The notes under the pieces: model-generated
The model's database searches: none
The model's input: only the letters and a program-made list of their open reading frames with translations
What the model was told of the DNA's origin: nothing
Position numbers and translations under genes: made by a program
Shown here: piece by piece, positions 25,387 to 38,385 of the stretch
Layout of the letters: each line of letters begins with the position of its first letter
How positions within the stretch are numbered: position 1 is the stretch's first letter
Assembly: GCA_013239625.1 (NCBI GenBank)
Contig: MU054391.1
Span: forward strand, 3,315,130-3,379,129
Length of the DNA: 64,000 nucleotides
From: Lama guanicoe
Lineage: Eukaryota
Direction: 5' to 3'

Positions 25387-28300
25387 CTAGGACCCAGGGT
25401 GCGCATGGAGGAGGCGAGCTCCTTCAAGCTCGTGTAGGCATGGTCCATAAATCCATTCACAGAAAAATAGAATCTAGACATAGGAACTCAGAAAGAAAAC
25501 GAAAGCTAGATTGAGTGGCCCCAGGCAGAAGGTCAGAAACAAAGAAAGCCTGAGGCCAAGCTTGGGGACGAAGGCAGTAAGACCGAGGGTCGGCAGGGCG
25601 CCCGGGGCTCACCCTCCTCACGGAGGCACCGGGATGGCTGTGAAGACAGCCTAACCTCCAGCCCTCTGGCCGCGGGGGCTGAGACCCCCCGTCTCCTCCC
25701 GCCCTGAGACGGCTGGAGGGCTCAGGCGACTGAGCCTCAGGAAGGAGGACTCGGGTGATGGAACCCAGGAAGCCGCAGTTGAGCGCAACCTGGTATTTTC
25801 TTAAGACCCTTGCGGGAGACTCATGGCCACATTGTTCTCTGTAGGCTCAGCGTCCCCTGACCTCCCCGTACACGCTTAGGGTAATTCCTGCCGTTCAAGG
25901 TGATGACGAGCGATGATTCATCGGCTGAACTACCGCGACCAGCACTGAGACCAGGGGCGCGTTTACTGGCAGGCAACGTCACAGACTGCAGGAAGCAGAC
26001 AGCCTGCCACTTGCCGAGCTTCTGTGAGAACCGCCTGCCTTACCTGGGTCAGCTTGCGGATGAATGTCCACTGTAATGAAACGGAGCAACTCGTGGTAGG
26101 TGACAAATGGGGACATCAAACTGGAGTTCCCCTAGTCCAACAGGACTTCATCACCGCCTATCGCTTCAGCCCTCGGAGCAACTGAAAATGGGTTAGACGT
26201 ACCTCCCTCCTCTTCATGAAAACCGTCCAGGGCTGGAAGAAGTCCTGGGTCCACCATCCCTCCCCAGTGAAGGACGTGGAGCACACAGATTGTCTAGACT
26301 TCCAGAGAATTCATCCTACTCTCTGAAGGTGGGGGCTGCACTCACACAATCTGAAAGCTGAAATCCATGTGAGAAGAGCTTAACGTGGCTCCATGTGGTT
26401 TCAAGCAAAGGACCCGTGGTCGGGGGAAGAGCCCTTTGATGGGTCTCTAGTCTCTTCGAGTCCTAGAATTTCAACTCTTTTGTCAATCAAAAAAAATTAA
26501 AATTTAGTCTCAGCCCCTACAGACGGTCACCCTTGTATTTATAAGCATCTTGGAGACTGAGAACACGCACGAGGGAAAGCGGGCTCCCAGAGGACGGCCG
26601 AGCGTCCACCTTCCCGTGCAGCGGTGCACTTGGTGGGCGTCCTTGGGAAATGATCTGACTCCAGTGGCTCTAATCCTCTATTGATCAAGCAAGCTTTTCA
26701 TCCTTGCTTGTTTTGAAAGCCGTGTTTTTCTGCTGAGAGTGTGCGTGCTCAAAGCTTGACACAAACGTGCTATTCATGCAAGTGACTCGTATTTCACAAA
26801 TGCAGACAGAATGCCTTCCATGGGCGAGGTCCCAGGATTAAGCACTTTTATACTCACTAACACCAGGACCCACCTTTCAAGACCCTCAAAGCCTTCCGAG
26901 CTCTGCACCGAAGAGAAGATGGTGAAGGGTAACGTGCCTCACGGAACCTGAGTGGACGGGGACACCTGCGGATTCACACCAGCGATCACACAGGTACGTT
27001 CGTTTCCAAGGTTTGACGGGTCACACAGATGTCTTCTCCCCAGGCGGAGTTTCAGGGCCGCCGTCCCCCACGTGCAGTCCCCTCCCTTTGCCACAGAGAC
27101 TCACCTCACAGGTGGCGGCTGTGACAAGCGGGGGGGCACTATTAAGATAAGAGCCGAGACCTTCACTTCTAATTCAACCTTGGTCATTTTCTTTTTCTTC
27201 TCTTGAGTTCTTAGTATTTTATGACCTATTTGATTTGCCCATGAACTCCAAATGGCTTCCAGATGGGTCTGGACTTTATCAGAAACACAGGCAACAAAGG
27301 TCCTCCTCATCTTCCATCCTACCCGGCAGCAGTGGCTAAGCATCCACACCGCAGCGTCTGTGGGCCAGGCATGAACACGCGATGCAAAATCATTCTAAGA
27401 CAAAAGAGCAGCACATTTAGCAGCACCAGCCTTACACAGGGCTGTGAAAGTGTTTAATAACAGAAGCAAGTAAGAAAAATCATAAATGTTAATCAGTGAA
27501 GACTTGACTCCAGATTTAAGCAGGGGATTCCAAACAGCTCTCTCGATTCCAGTCCAAAGCGCTCTGCACATCTGAAGACGTCAGCTCCTTTGATAGGACA
27601 CGCGAGTAAGCACGCGGCGAGGACTGCCACGTCCGCCTCACAGGTGAGAAACCTGCAGGTCAGAGTAATCCAATGACTTGCTGAAGACTATTTCCGGCGA
27701 CAAACAGACCCAGATCTTGAGACCCTGAGTCTGCCACACTTCAAAGCATTCCCTGCTGCTTCGCCAATATTCTTCACAGATTAATAATTTCCATTTGGTG
27801 CAAGGTGGTCTTTTGCCAGTTTGATTGGCATGAACAAGACTTGCTGTTGCAAAGCCATCCCCAGGGACGTCCCTGCCAGGCAGAGCTGTGATGTCACCCT
27901 CCTTACCCCAGCTCCTCGAAGTGCAGCCAGGAAGGACCCTTCCCTTGCGCATTTCACTCCAAGTGAAAGGTGGTTCTCACGCTTGCTGCACGTTGGAAAC
28001 ACCTGCTAGGAGGTAAAGACAGTGACTCCTTGATCCCAACCTCTTAAATTCCCATTTAATTGGTACAGAGTGTAGGCTGGGGATCAGGCTCTTTAAAAAC
28101 ACCTCAGATAATTCTGATATGAAGCAAAGTTAGAGAATCATAGCTCTGAAATTTTCAAGGAAGGTTCTAGAATGGTTTTCTCTAAACCTGGGAGTGCACT
28201 AGACCCTCCTGGTTATCCTGGTAAAATACACATTCCCAGGTCCGTCCTGGTGATGCTTATTCAGTGGGTCTGGGATGGAAACCCAATGGTTCCGATGTGG

Positions 28301-29460
28301 CTGTTCGGTAGCTGGTGACCTTTGGCTCCTAAAAGGTGGACAAATTAGAGAAATGGCTTATCTCAGACTCTTGGAATCAACTGACCCCTCTTAACCACCA
28401 GGACTTCCAAGCAGGCTTGTTTCTGAAACTCAATAGCAGTGATCCGTCTTTCCTCGTCACAATTTGGCAGCTATCTCAGAGGGGGAGCACACTGGTACCC
28501 ACCAACCTATTGGAAGAGAAACACCCTACATTGGTCACTGTCAGGCCAGGGTGCCTGGTTCATCCAACCCTGGAGATCTGCATAGAATCTGCAGCACTGC
28601 TCAGAAATTGCCTTTTCTCCACATTGCTTGTTAATTTCATGTGCCCTCAATTCTTCTTTATTCTAATTATTTTGATAGGAGTACTTGTGATAGTAGGTTG
28701 ATGCCAAAATTTTGGCAAAGCTCGTTATCATCACCAAACAAAATCTCCCAAAACAAGAGTCGGAGGCTGGATTGCTAATAAAATGTCATTTGAAACTTGT
28801 CAAAACCTGGACAATCAGAAAGATCTTTCATCAGCTTCCGCTGTCTTTGCATCATTTGTTTTTAATTTTGGGGACCACCTGTGCACCCCTTTCCGTTCAG
28901 TGCCCCTCCCTTAGGAGCCTGGAGCTAAGTCAGATTAGCTTACTTCCCTCATCAAATCAAAACCTCTTCTACAGAAAGGACCTAGAGCTCATTCGATCCT
29001 TGATACGAGAGCTTGAGAGTAAAATAAAAAGCCCCCTCTTTTAGTGAGGTTCACGGTGTACGTGACTGTGCAAGAAGGCAGAGCACACCTCGAATCTTTA
29101 TCGTTCACCAGCATGTACTGTGTGGGGAACCAGAGGAAGGAGAGGAGGACGAGCTTTCAACGCTGCGGGAGGCGGAGATGAAGCCAGCTCGGGTCGTATG
29201 CTGAACCTCAGCAGCAGAGGCTTCCGGAGCCACCGTGTCGCGGCGGCCAGGACGCGTGCTGCCTTACCCCTCTGGGGGCTGTAGAGTCCACTCTGCCTCT
29301 GCCCCTTTAGTCCAGATGCACACGTTTCTCTCCGTCTGGAGCCCAGCAGTGCTAAGTCAAGCCGCAGCTGTCTAAGCGCTGTTGGTGTCTTGGACCAGTT
29401 CTCACTGCGACGTTGCCCCACTTACCCAGATCTGTGATTCTGTCGCCCCACCCAAGTCAG
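25387..29460 (-). other. Candidate spliced transcript (lncRNA or micropeptide) with micro-exons
   Basis: Donors TGG|gtaagt (29425), GAG|gtgagt (27104), GAG|gtacgt (26202), CAG|gtaagg (26043), AGG|gtgagc (25612); acceptors ccgtttcattacag|26070, gtcttcacag|25637, ttttctttctgagttcctatgtctag|25473. Confidence 0.3.
27965..28320. mobile_element. Two adjacent MER5-family MITEs (about 27965-28147 and 28168-28320)
   Basis: gtggttctcacgcttgctgcacgttggaaacacctg...ttctgatatgaagcaaagttagagaatca; second copy tttctctaaacctgggagtgcactaga...attcagtgggtctgggatgg. Confidence 0.6.
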
Positions 29461-29477
29461 CCCTGATCCTCCAGACT

Positions 29478-29485
29478 TGACGTCA
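29478..29485. promoter_or_regulatory. Full palindromic CRE (TGACGTCA)
   Basis: Exact CREB/CREM/ATF1 octamer about 50 bp upstream of a consensus minus-strand donor GG|gtaagt. Confidence 0.5.
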
Positions 29486-29989
29486 GCATTTGCTGCCCTG
29501 CTCTCTGCCCCTTGACTCCAGTTACCCCTCATGGACTCTGCCGGGAATTCTCCTTCCCTTCCACCCTCCCCAGCGCTTCCTGCAGGATCTGGTCCCACAG
29601 CTTCCAGCAACGGTCAGACTTGAGCAGCCCCTGTTTTGGGGACTGCTGAAAGGGGCTAGAGTGACACTCATCACAGAGGCGAACAATAGGTTCTCTTCCT
29701 TCTCAACTCAACTTGCAGTAGAGAATTATACTGAATCCTCAAGAAGGCCACTCAGATCAGGAGAACCTGGGTTCTGAGGCCGACGGAGCAGCTTCTATCA
29801 GATTCCAGTGACTTCTGTCAAAGCATTCCACAGATTTTCCCTGAAAATCTAGGCGCATTGTCATGGTAATGCTTTCTTTTGGATTCAGCGCCTTGAGGCT
29901 GTATCACTACGTCTCAGAGCTCAGGCATATGATGACAATTGTAAAATAAATTACATCTAAAGTTAAAATATTTTGTGAGCTGTGGAAGG

Positions 29990-30367
29990 TGCCGTGGTCG
30001 GAATGGTGCCCTTTGTCCAAAACTCATATGTGAAGTCCTCAGCCCAGGGTGATGGTGCTTGCAGATGGAGACTTAGAGAAATAACTAGGTGCAGGAGAGA
30101 TGCTGAGGTTGGGACCCTGCTGCTGGGGTTGCTGTTCTTAGAAGAAGGGATGCCAGAGTGCGCGAGCATGTGTGCAAACAGCAAGGAAGGGCCGTGCGAG
30201 GACATACCCGAAGGTGGCCGTCTGCAAGCCAGATGGAGAGCCCTCCTCAGGAACCGAATCAGCTGGTACTGCGTCCTCGGGCCACCCAGCCTCCAGGACT
30301 GTGAGAAATCAACGTCTCCTGTGTCAGCCGCCCGGTTGGTGGTATAGCCACCTGGACAGACCAGCAT
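29990..30367 (+). mobile_element. MaLR solo LTR (MLT1A-like)
   Basis: ccaaaactcatatgtgaagtcct...aaggtggccgtctgcaagccag...ccctcctcaggaaccgaatcagctgg...cagcctccaggactgtgagaaat. Confidence 0.8.
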
Positions 30368-33300
30368 TAAGGGTGGGAAAAGCCCTGCCTTCTATGACAA
30401 GTCTGCCTCATTTTCCAGTGTCCCCACTTACTAGAATTTTGTGAAAATAGAACCTTTAGTCATTCTTTTGCTTTAGAATATTTCTTATTTGGGAACCAAT
30501 GTACCTCTGCTCGGTCATGTTTTACTGCATTTATTCATCACCTGTCCTTAATTAAGTAGAAATTGAAGTAAGTGAGTGGTAAGATGGATTAAATTATTCT
30601 CTAGAGCCGTGGAGGGGGTTTCCTGCTCCCTAGATGGTATATAAATGCCTGAACATTTGTATATAAATTGAGCAACCATGCAAATCAGTAATCTGAGACT
30701 AAAAAGATACAGAAATGATCTTGGAAATTGCATTTAAGAAAAAAAACTGACAGTATCAAGTTGATAGACACAAAAGAACTTTGATGAAAGCAGCTGTTAA
30801 ATTGTTAATTTAACATAAAGATGGAGCTGATGATTCAAAAATGATCAACTGGGTTGCAGACAGCCTGTACCCTGAATAGCACACTCCGTGCTGCATTCAG
30901 CCCCGCCCGCTGCTATAATTTGGGGTTGCATTCTATCTGCATTAGCAGAACTGTTAATAAATCACACGCGCAAGAAATGAGGAATTGAACACCTCCAGGT
31001 GTTTGAGAACGCTTCAAATATCCTCACCACGTGTTCCGGAGGAGTCGTGTGAGTTCATAACCACGACTTGGTGACTTCTCGCCATGTTGCTCTGGAGGCA
31101 GCCTGGTTCCCTCCTACAGGACAGATTAACATACAGGTTAGGATCACTATATAGGTTCCTCCAGCCTAACCCTCAGGACTTTCTTCAGAGCTTTGCATAC
31201 ATTATATATCATGGCCCAGTGGTCATTCCTTCCCTGACCTTTCTTTTTCATTACCAGATGCACACACACTCAGAGAACAGAACTTTAGCCATGAATAGAG
31301 CGGTAAAGGAGCCAGTTGTGGGCGGTGTGCTTGTGTGACCTCCATGTTTCATAGAGAAGCTGTGACTCAAAGGGACTCTGTTTAGTGTTATTACTGAGAA
31401 AAGATGAGGTCATGTCAGAACCAACGTAACAAGGCAGGTGCAGTTCTCTATGAGGGATCTGAAAGACAGGAGGCACGGGGACATTTACAACTTAGCTCTG
31501 GAGCTCTTGGGATCTTTGACAGGGTGTCTGAGACATCTCAGTCTCTTGGGAGCAAAACACCGACAGAGTAGAGGGAAGCTGGTCGTCCCACCCACACGGT
31601 CTGACCATTAAGCTATGCCCTTTATTCTTATCCAGCATCATGTTAATAGTAAATCCTCCTTTTCTTTTTTCCAATCAGCTTCTCAATAGAGGTAATCCAA
31701 CCCTTTCTATAGGTATATTTTCCAATGGGTTTTATTGAATACTCTGCAAATTACCAAGAAATGGGAAAACCCTCAAAACTTCTCCAAAACTGTGGAGATA
31801 CATAAATGAACCCTCTTGTCAAGACGGCCTGTACAGGACACTTTCCAGCCAGGAAGGAACATCCCGGGACATTAGCACAGGACTCTCCTGCCTTCGAACA
31901 GAGAAGGCACCTGCCAGATGCTCTGCTTTGAGAGAAGATCCAGAGCCCCATCTTTCCACAGCTGCTCCCACGGAGAGGTAGATCTCAGCTTAGACTTCTC
32001 TTCTTAAAAATATTCCAATTGCTGCAATAGATTCAGGAAGGAAAGAGAGTGTCGCCAGAGGACCCTCTAACTTCACTGGAGATGAGAGGAGGAGCCCCTC
32101 CCTCAGCACATGGCCCCGTAGTTCTGTGAGCATTCCCAAAGGTACCTCATTCAACCAGCCGTCTTCCTGGTATCTCGACGTTTATGCAACAGCAGAGAAA
32201 AGGCAAACACATATGTTGACTCAAAAAACATCTTATCAAGCAGAGTGGTGATGGGGAAAAATTGTTGTGGTCCAGGATTCAGAGGCAAACTGCTGGTTTT
32301 ATCTTCCTAACCCTCAGGACCCTTATCTCCTCATTTCATAATAAGAACAGAGATGATTGTGGGAATAGATAATGTATGTGAAGTACTTGATGCAAAATAA
32401 GTGTCCCCCAAAAAGAATTATTAGCTCTCTCTCTCTCTCTCTCTGTTCACCTGTATTAGGGAGAGATACAAAATCGCACATTTAGGTCCTCCTTCAAAAA
32501 TTACAAGAATCAAATCGTGATGACTTAAGTCAAGAAAAGCTTGAATTTCTAGTAAAAGGAAAATAAATTTTATTTAACATGAATATGTGATTTTAAAAGT
32601 AGCCACATACGTGTGGATACCATTACTAGCAGTTAGCAGAAAACCTGTACTAGAGCACGAGCAATGATGGGTCTACTGATTCCAGCTCAGCATCTCAGGA
32701 GGCTACATCTGACTTTGATCTCCACTTATTCATACGTATTCAACAGCAGTACACAAGGGCAGCCCCCAAAAGAGCAACTGGGACTGTTCAATTCTAAATC
32801 AAGATAGGAACAAACTGGTGGTGAGGATAAGGGTATCGAAAAATATTCAGATGTGAAATATGATATCTTCAAGAATCTGTTAGACGGACATGGGAGGATG
32901 GCTGGACACACTGCAAGTAGGTTCACGCAGTGAGGGACCTGGTGGAAGATAAAAGCAGAAACAATCCCACAATAGAGAGAGAATTTCTAATGTTTGGAAA
33001 TATTCATGATAATGTGAGATGCCTTTTAAGACAGCAAAACTATGGTCATTCTATTCAACAAAAAAGTGTCTGATGCATCTTTTTCTCACGGCACCAATTC
33101 AGCTATGATCAGGATTCAAGAAATCAGTAAGATATTGCTCCTGTCCTCGCAAAGTTTATAGTCTTGCAGCCAAAGCCAGTACTGCATCATTAAGAGCTAA
33201 GCAGACTGTGTTACACGATATTAGCAAGATAGGAAGACAGTGGCGAGGGATGGAAAGGAAGCTGCTGCTTCTGGATTCATTAAAATGGTAAGTTTCTCTC

Positions 33301-34103
33301 CCTGTTCCTCAAAAGAAAAGTCTCTGAGTTTAGGGGATGAAAAAGCATTTTACTTGGGATAGAAAGAGATAAATGCTGAAGTCGCAGGTAAGAATAAGAC
33401 TTAACAATTAACAAGAACAGAAGAAAGAGAAGTATTTTTTATCCCACATTGTTCACTCGGCGTTTTCAAAGGATGCCTTTTAAAGGATGTAATTAGGAGT
33501 AATGAGGTGCAAAATTTCATGTACAAAAATGATCTTGTAAAGGGCATTTTAGGCAGATAGTGCAACTGGAGAAAAAATGAATTTTAACTCTCTATTAACT
33601 CAACATCAATATTAAATGCTCTGACTCTTCTTTATATCCAATTCCAGTAGAGTTTTAAGAAAATCAGGAATTTAAATAAATCTGCTATACAAACCTTTTG
33701 ATTGTGATTACTTGATTGCTATGTGGGTTTTTTTTTTTTCATTTAAGCAGTGGCCAAGTCTTACCACAATGTGTCAAATAATTACAATTTTAAATAACAA
33801 TGTCTATTGTTCAACACTCTTTGATCAGCCGCCTTCTTACCCACATTTATCAAGTTCAAGAGCTTGGACAAAGTAAGCGCTCATCACAGACTCTCTCCCT
33901 AACCGCCATCACGGATGGAGTCAGCCTGAGTGCCAGCAACCGAACCTTTACGTCCAAGGGCACAACACCACCTGGGCTGACTCTCCGACGTCGACGGCTC
34001 CAGGACTCCATTTGCCAAACTCATTTCTCAACCCTAATCTTGTAGCTTCTGCCAATGGAAAGCTAAATACCCCAGCACTTGAAGTCAAATGAATATGCAT
34101 GTA

Positions 34104-34308
34104 TTTTTTAACTGGCGTATAGTCAGCTTACAATGTCATGTTAGTTTCTGGTGTACAGCACAGCGATTCAGTTAAACACGTATATATTCCTTTTCGTATT
34201 CATTTTCACTATAGACTGTTACAGGATATTGAATATAGTTCCCTGTGCTACATAGCAGAGCTTGTTGTTTATCTATTTTATGTACAGTAGTGTATATCTG
34301 CACATCCC
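34104..34308 (-). mobile_element. Short L1 3' end
   Basis: tagtcagcttacaatgtcatgttagtttctggtgtacagcacagcgattcagtt...gatattgaatatagttccctgtgcta. Confidence 0.85.
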
Positions 34309-35026
34309 AGTATGCGTGGATTGTTTAGCATTATGGGGAAGCAAGTTCCACAGTAACACAACACTAAAAATCTGGGAAAGTGGAAAATATTCCAAAAATA
34401 TCTTTAGAATTATCTTATTAAGTTTGGCCTTTATTGTGACTATTCCAATAAAACTCCAGGCGATCCTTAATTTGACATTCATTTCAACAAGCATTTTGTT
34501 GAATGTTTCCAATGTGCCAGGATTTTCCAGGCAATAGGAAAGCTCTCACAGATGCTTCCAGACTGGGAGAAACAGACAAGGACACCAGTGACTCCTCTAG
34601 GGGTTGGTTAAGTTCGTCAGAGACGTGGCATCCTACCTGATGAGGGTCTAAATCCCACGGGACATGCAAGGCGGAACTTCCTGATAGAGGTTACACTTGT
34701 GCTAGCTTTGGCGGGAAAACACTAGTATCTACAATGTGAATAGGAAGGTCACTGTCTATAACTTCCTCCACTTGCTCTCCTTCAGTGCAACGTGAGACTG
34801 GGGGGAGGAGACGTTCGAGTGGCAGGAGAGCTCACTTGCCATGACTGTCAGCTTCTCACAGACTGGAGCAATCATGACACGTACAGGTTTACAGTAAAAT
34901 ATGTCTATCCTGAAAAAGAAGGAAGTTGACAACCAACCTTCAGGCTGTGTGCATTGCCTGCTGAGGTGTGCCTAACCTGGCCATGCTCTGAGGATCTAGA
35001 GAATTGAGGATGAAGAAGAGATTATG

Positions 35027-35863
35027 TACAAATGGCCAATAGGCACATGAAAAAATGCTCAATATCACTAGTTACCAGAGAAATGCAAATTGAAACTACA
35101 ATGAGGTATCACCTCACACCAGTCAGAATGGCCATCATTAAAAAGTCCACAAATGATAAATGCTAGAGAGAGTGTGGAGAAAAGGGAACCCTCCTATACT
35201 GCTGGTGGGAATGTAGTTTGGTGCAGTCTGGAGATTCCTCAAAAAACTAAAAATAGACTTGGTATATATCTGGAGGGAACTCTAATTCGAACATGCACCC
35301 CAGTGTTCACAGCAGCACTGTTTACTATGGCCAAGACATGGAAGCAACCTAAGTTTCCATTGACAGATGATTAGATAAAGAAGTCATGGTATATTTATAC
35401 AATGGAATACTACTCAGCCATAAAAAAAGAATGAAATAGTGCCATTTGTAGCAACATGGGTGGACCCGGAGGTCATTCTAAGTGAAGTAAGCCAGAAAGA
35501 GAAAGACAAATAGCATATGATATCACTTCTATGTGGAATCTAAAACAGTTATACAAGTGAACTCATTTATAAAACAGAAACAGACTCACAGACACAGAAA
35601 ATAAACTTAGGGTTACCAGCAGGGAAACGGGGTGGGAGGGGATAAATTGGGAGTTTGATTTGCAAATACTAACCACTATATATAAAATAGATATACAACA
35701 GTTTCTTCTCTACAGCCCAGGAAACTATATTCAATATCTTGTAGTAACCAATAATAAAAATGCATATGAAAATGAATGTATGTATGTATATATACGCTGA
35801 AACATGATGTTGTACACCAGAAACTGATACATCATAAACTGGCTATACTTCAATTAAAAAAAA
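35027..35863 (+). mobile_element. L1 ORF2 C-terminal remnant plus 3' UTR and A tail, with internal deletions
   Basis: aatggccaataggcacatgaaaaaatgctcaatatcact...gaggtatcacctcacaccagtcagaatggccatcatt; translation includes TCTPVFTAALFTMAKTWKQPK (L1 ORF2). Confidence 0.95.
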
Positions 35864-36089
35864 GATGAAATGATAATGAGTTCATATCCCAGGGAACTAG
35901 ACTCCCATGAGGTGTGGACCCCCTCGGAGAGATGGGAGTCACACATCCAGCTTGGAGGGGCTAGGAGCCCATCAATATTTAAGACAAGCAGAGGCCTGGA
36001 GGGGGGACTTTTTCAAGGTCTGGTTCTGCTCTTCTCCCATTTTCAAGCTCAGCAAAGAGAAGACACCGTGAACTTGAATTACAGATCAA

Positions 36090-36270
36090 ACAAAAGTCTG
36101 CTATACTCTGCATGGCATTTTGCAAATTATTTAACCTCTCTGAGACTCAATCCCCTGTTTGAGACAGAGATGAGAAAATGTTTTCCATGTGTGGGCATAA
36201 AATAAAATAGTGAATGTAAGGAGCTTAGCCCAGAGTCTAGAATATTTCAGGTGCTCCGTAAATTTAGGTT
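36090..36270 (+). mobile_element. MIR SINE
   Basis: gcaaattatttaacctctctgagactcaatcccctgtt...gtgaatgtaaggagcttagcccagagtct. Confidence 0.55.
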
Positions 36271-36772
36271 TCTATCCATCTCTCTATTCTTTCTTCTTTC
36301 ACAAGAACTAGGAACAGAAAAAGTGCAGGTTTTAGCCTTAGATCTATGTTTTGTTTTGTTTTTTTTCCCTTGACCATTTGTCTGTTCTCAGAAAGATAAA
36401 TGAAATCTAAAATCTAGTTCTACTGTATGCTTCCCTGAAAAATACATTTTTAAAAAATGACCTTCTCTTCACAGGTAACCAAGGGGGAAGTATCCAGCTA
36501 GTTTTATCTCTGGGGAAAAATTGGTAGACCCACGGTACCCCAGAGTGGTCTGGGCAGTGCTGGAATCCTTTCCTGTTTACCCACTGCCCTGTTATAAGCC
36601 ATCAACAATCTTCAAAATGCTACATCCTATGAAAAAAAATGACTGTATTTCTGGGGTTTCAAAGAAAAATTTAGCAAAGACAGTTGTGGATATATTGCAT
36701 CAGTTTTAAGAAAAGCTACATATTTTTATTTTTTGAAGCATTGTTTAAAATGTACTTTTTTTCACTTAAAAA

Positions 36773-37380
36773 TTTTTTATTGAAGTATAGTTGATTTACT
36801 GTGTTGTGTTAGTTTCTGGTGTACAGCATAGTGATTCATTTCTTTTCATATTCTTTTTCATTATGAGTTATTACAAGATAGTGAATATAGCTCCCTGTGC
36901 TGTACAGTAGGAACTTGTTGTTTATCTGTTTTATATATAGTAGTGTGTATCTGCAAATCCTGAACTCCCAATTTATCCTTCCCCTCCTTTCTCCCCCCAG
37001 TAACCATAAGTGAGTCTGTTTCTGTTTTATAAATAAGTTTATTTGTATCACTGTTTCAAATTCCACATGTAAGTGATATCATATGATGTGTCTTTCTCTT
37101 TCTGACTTACTTCACTTAGTAAGACAACCTCCAGGTCTATACATGTTGCTGCAAATGGCATTATTTTGTTCTTTTTTATGGCTGAGTAGTATTCCATAGT
37201 ATAAATATATCACAGCTTGTTTATCTAGTCATCTGTTGATGGACACTTAGGTTGCTTCCATGTCTTGACTATTGTATATAGTGCTGCTATGAACACTGGG
37301 GTGCATGTGCCTTTTTGAGTTAGAGTTTCCTCTGAATATGTGCCCAGGAGTAGGATTGCTAGATCATTTGGTAGGACTAT
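36773..37380 (-). mobile_element. L1 3' end (ORF2 tail plus 3' UTR)
   Basis: ttttattgaagtatagttgatttactgtgttgtgttagtttctggtgtacagc...catgttgctgcaaatggcattattttgttcttttttatggctgagtagtattcca... Confidence 0.95.
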
Positions 37381-38324
37381 AAAAAATAAATTTGTATTTT
37401 TGGTTAATTGATTTATATTAGCTTACATATATCATATACTTACCTAATATTTGGTCTGAGACCATCTCTTTGTTCCCCCTTTTAACTGTATAAATTCTTC
37501 AGTTTCAATACTTGTTTCCTATTTTGCATGCATTTAATATTACAAATCTTATAAAGTCCTCTTTTTTAAAAACGTGAACATATAAACACATGCACCATTT
37601 ATAATTATGACTGAATTTTGGGGAATCACATGCATTATTATCTTTACTCCCTGGACATCTTGCAGAGGGAAGCGTGACCTAGCTTATCAATACATGCAAT
37701 GTTTTATTCATTGCTATAAACAGTGTTAAAAATAAGTGCCTATTTTTAAAATATTGTTTGTTCACTGAAAAAAATGCAACAAAACGGAGAACTGAATATC
37801 TGTAAGCCCCAACAGTGCTGTAAATCATTTTATGTGTACAAAGCTGGGAGACCTTGTAAAAGTGCCACATTCTCCCAGAAACAGAAGTCTGTGTACACCT
37901 TTCAAGACCCTAAGTGTCACTACCTACTCTGCCCCCATTTCTTCTTTTATTTCTACCAGCAAACATCAGACCTGTTTCAGTGAGGATCTGGGTAAAGCTA
38001 GAAGTATCTCCCATCATATACTTTGGTTTTCTTCTCCCACAAATTTCCAGAAACACAAAAGTGCTAGTGTGAACTCTTTGAATCTGCAGTGCTGTGGTCA
38101 GTAGCTGTAAAGATCTATTTAATAGTTAACCATGAGTTAATTACTTTAGGTTAATAATCCTTCTTTGAATCTTGTTGTTCCAAATTGTTCTACTTAATAG
38201 CCTTCTCTCAAACAAAGGCACGTCAAACTGATCAATATCACCTTTCAGTGTAGGATTTAAAAATAATACTTTTTGTTTGGCATTCTGAGTCAGGCTCACA
38301 GTGTTTCGTTTTTTGGTTTGTTTG

Positions 38325-38385
38325 TTTTCATATTCTTTGTAATTAAAGGTTACTGCAAGATATTGAATATAGTTCCCTGTGCTAT
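38325..38385 (-). mobile_element. Tiny L1 3' UTR fragment
   Basis: catattcttt...aaaggttactgcaagatattgaatatagttccctgtgctat, shared with other L1 copies in the window. Confidence 0.7.

Noticed and set aside
35153..35374. ORF with real protein similarity (also 48920-49225)
   Set aside because: Broken L1 ORF2 remnants, not host genes
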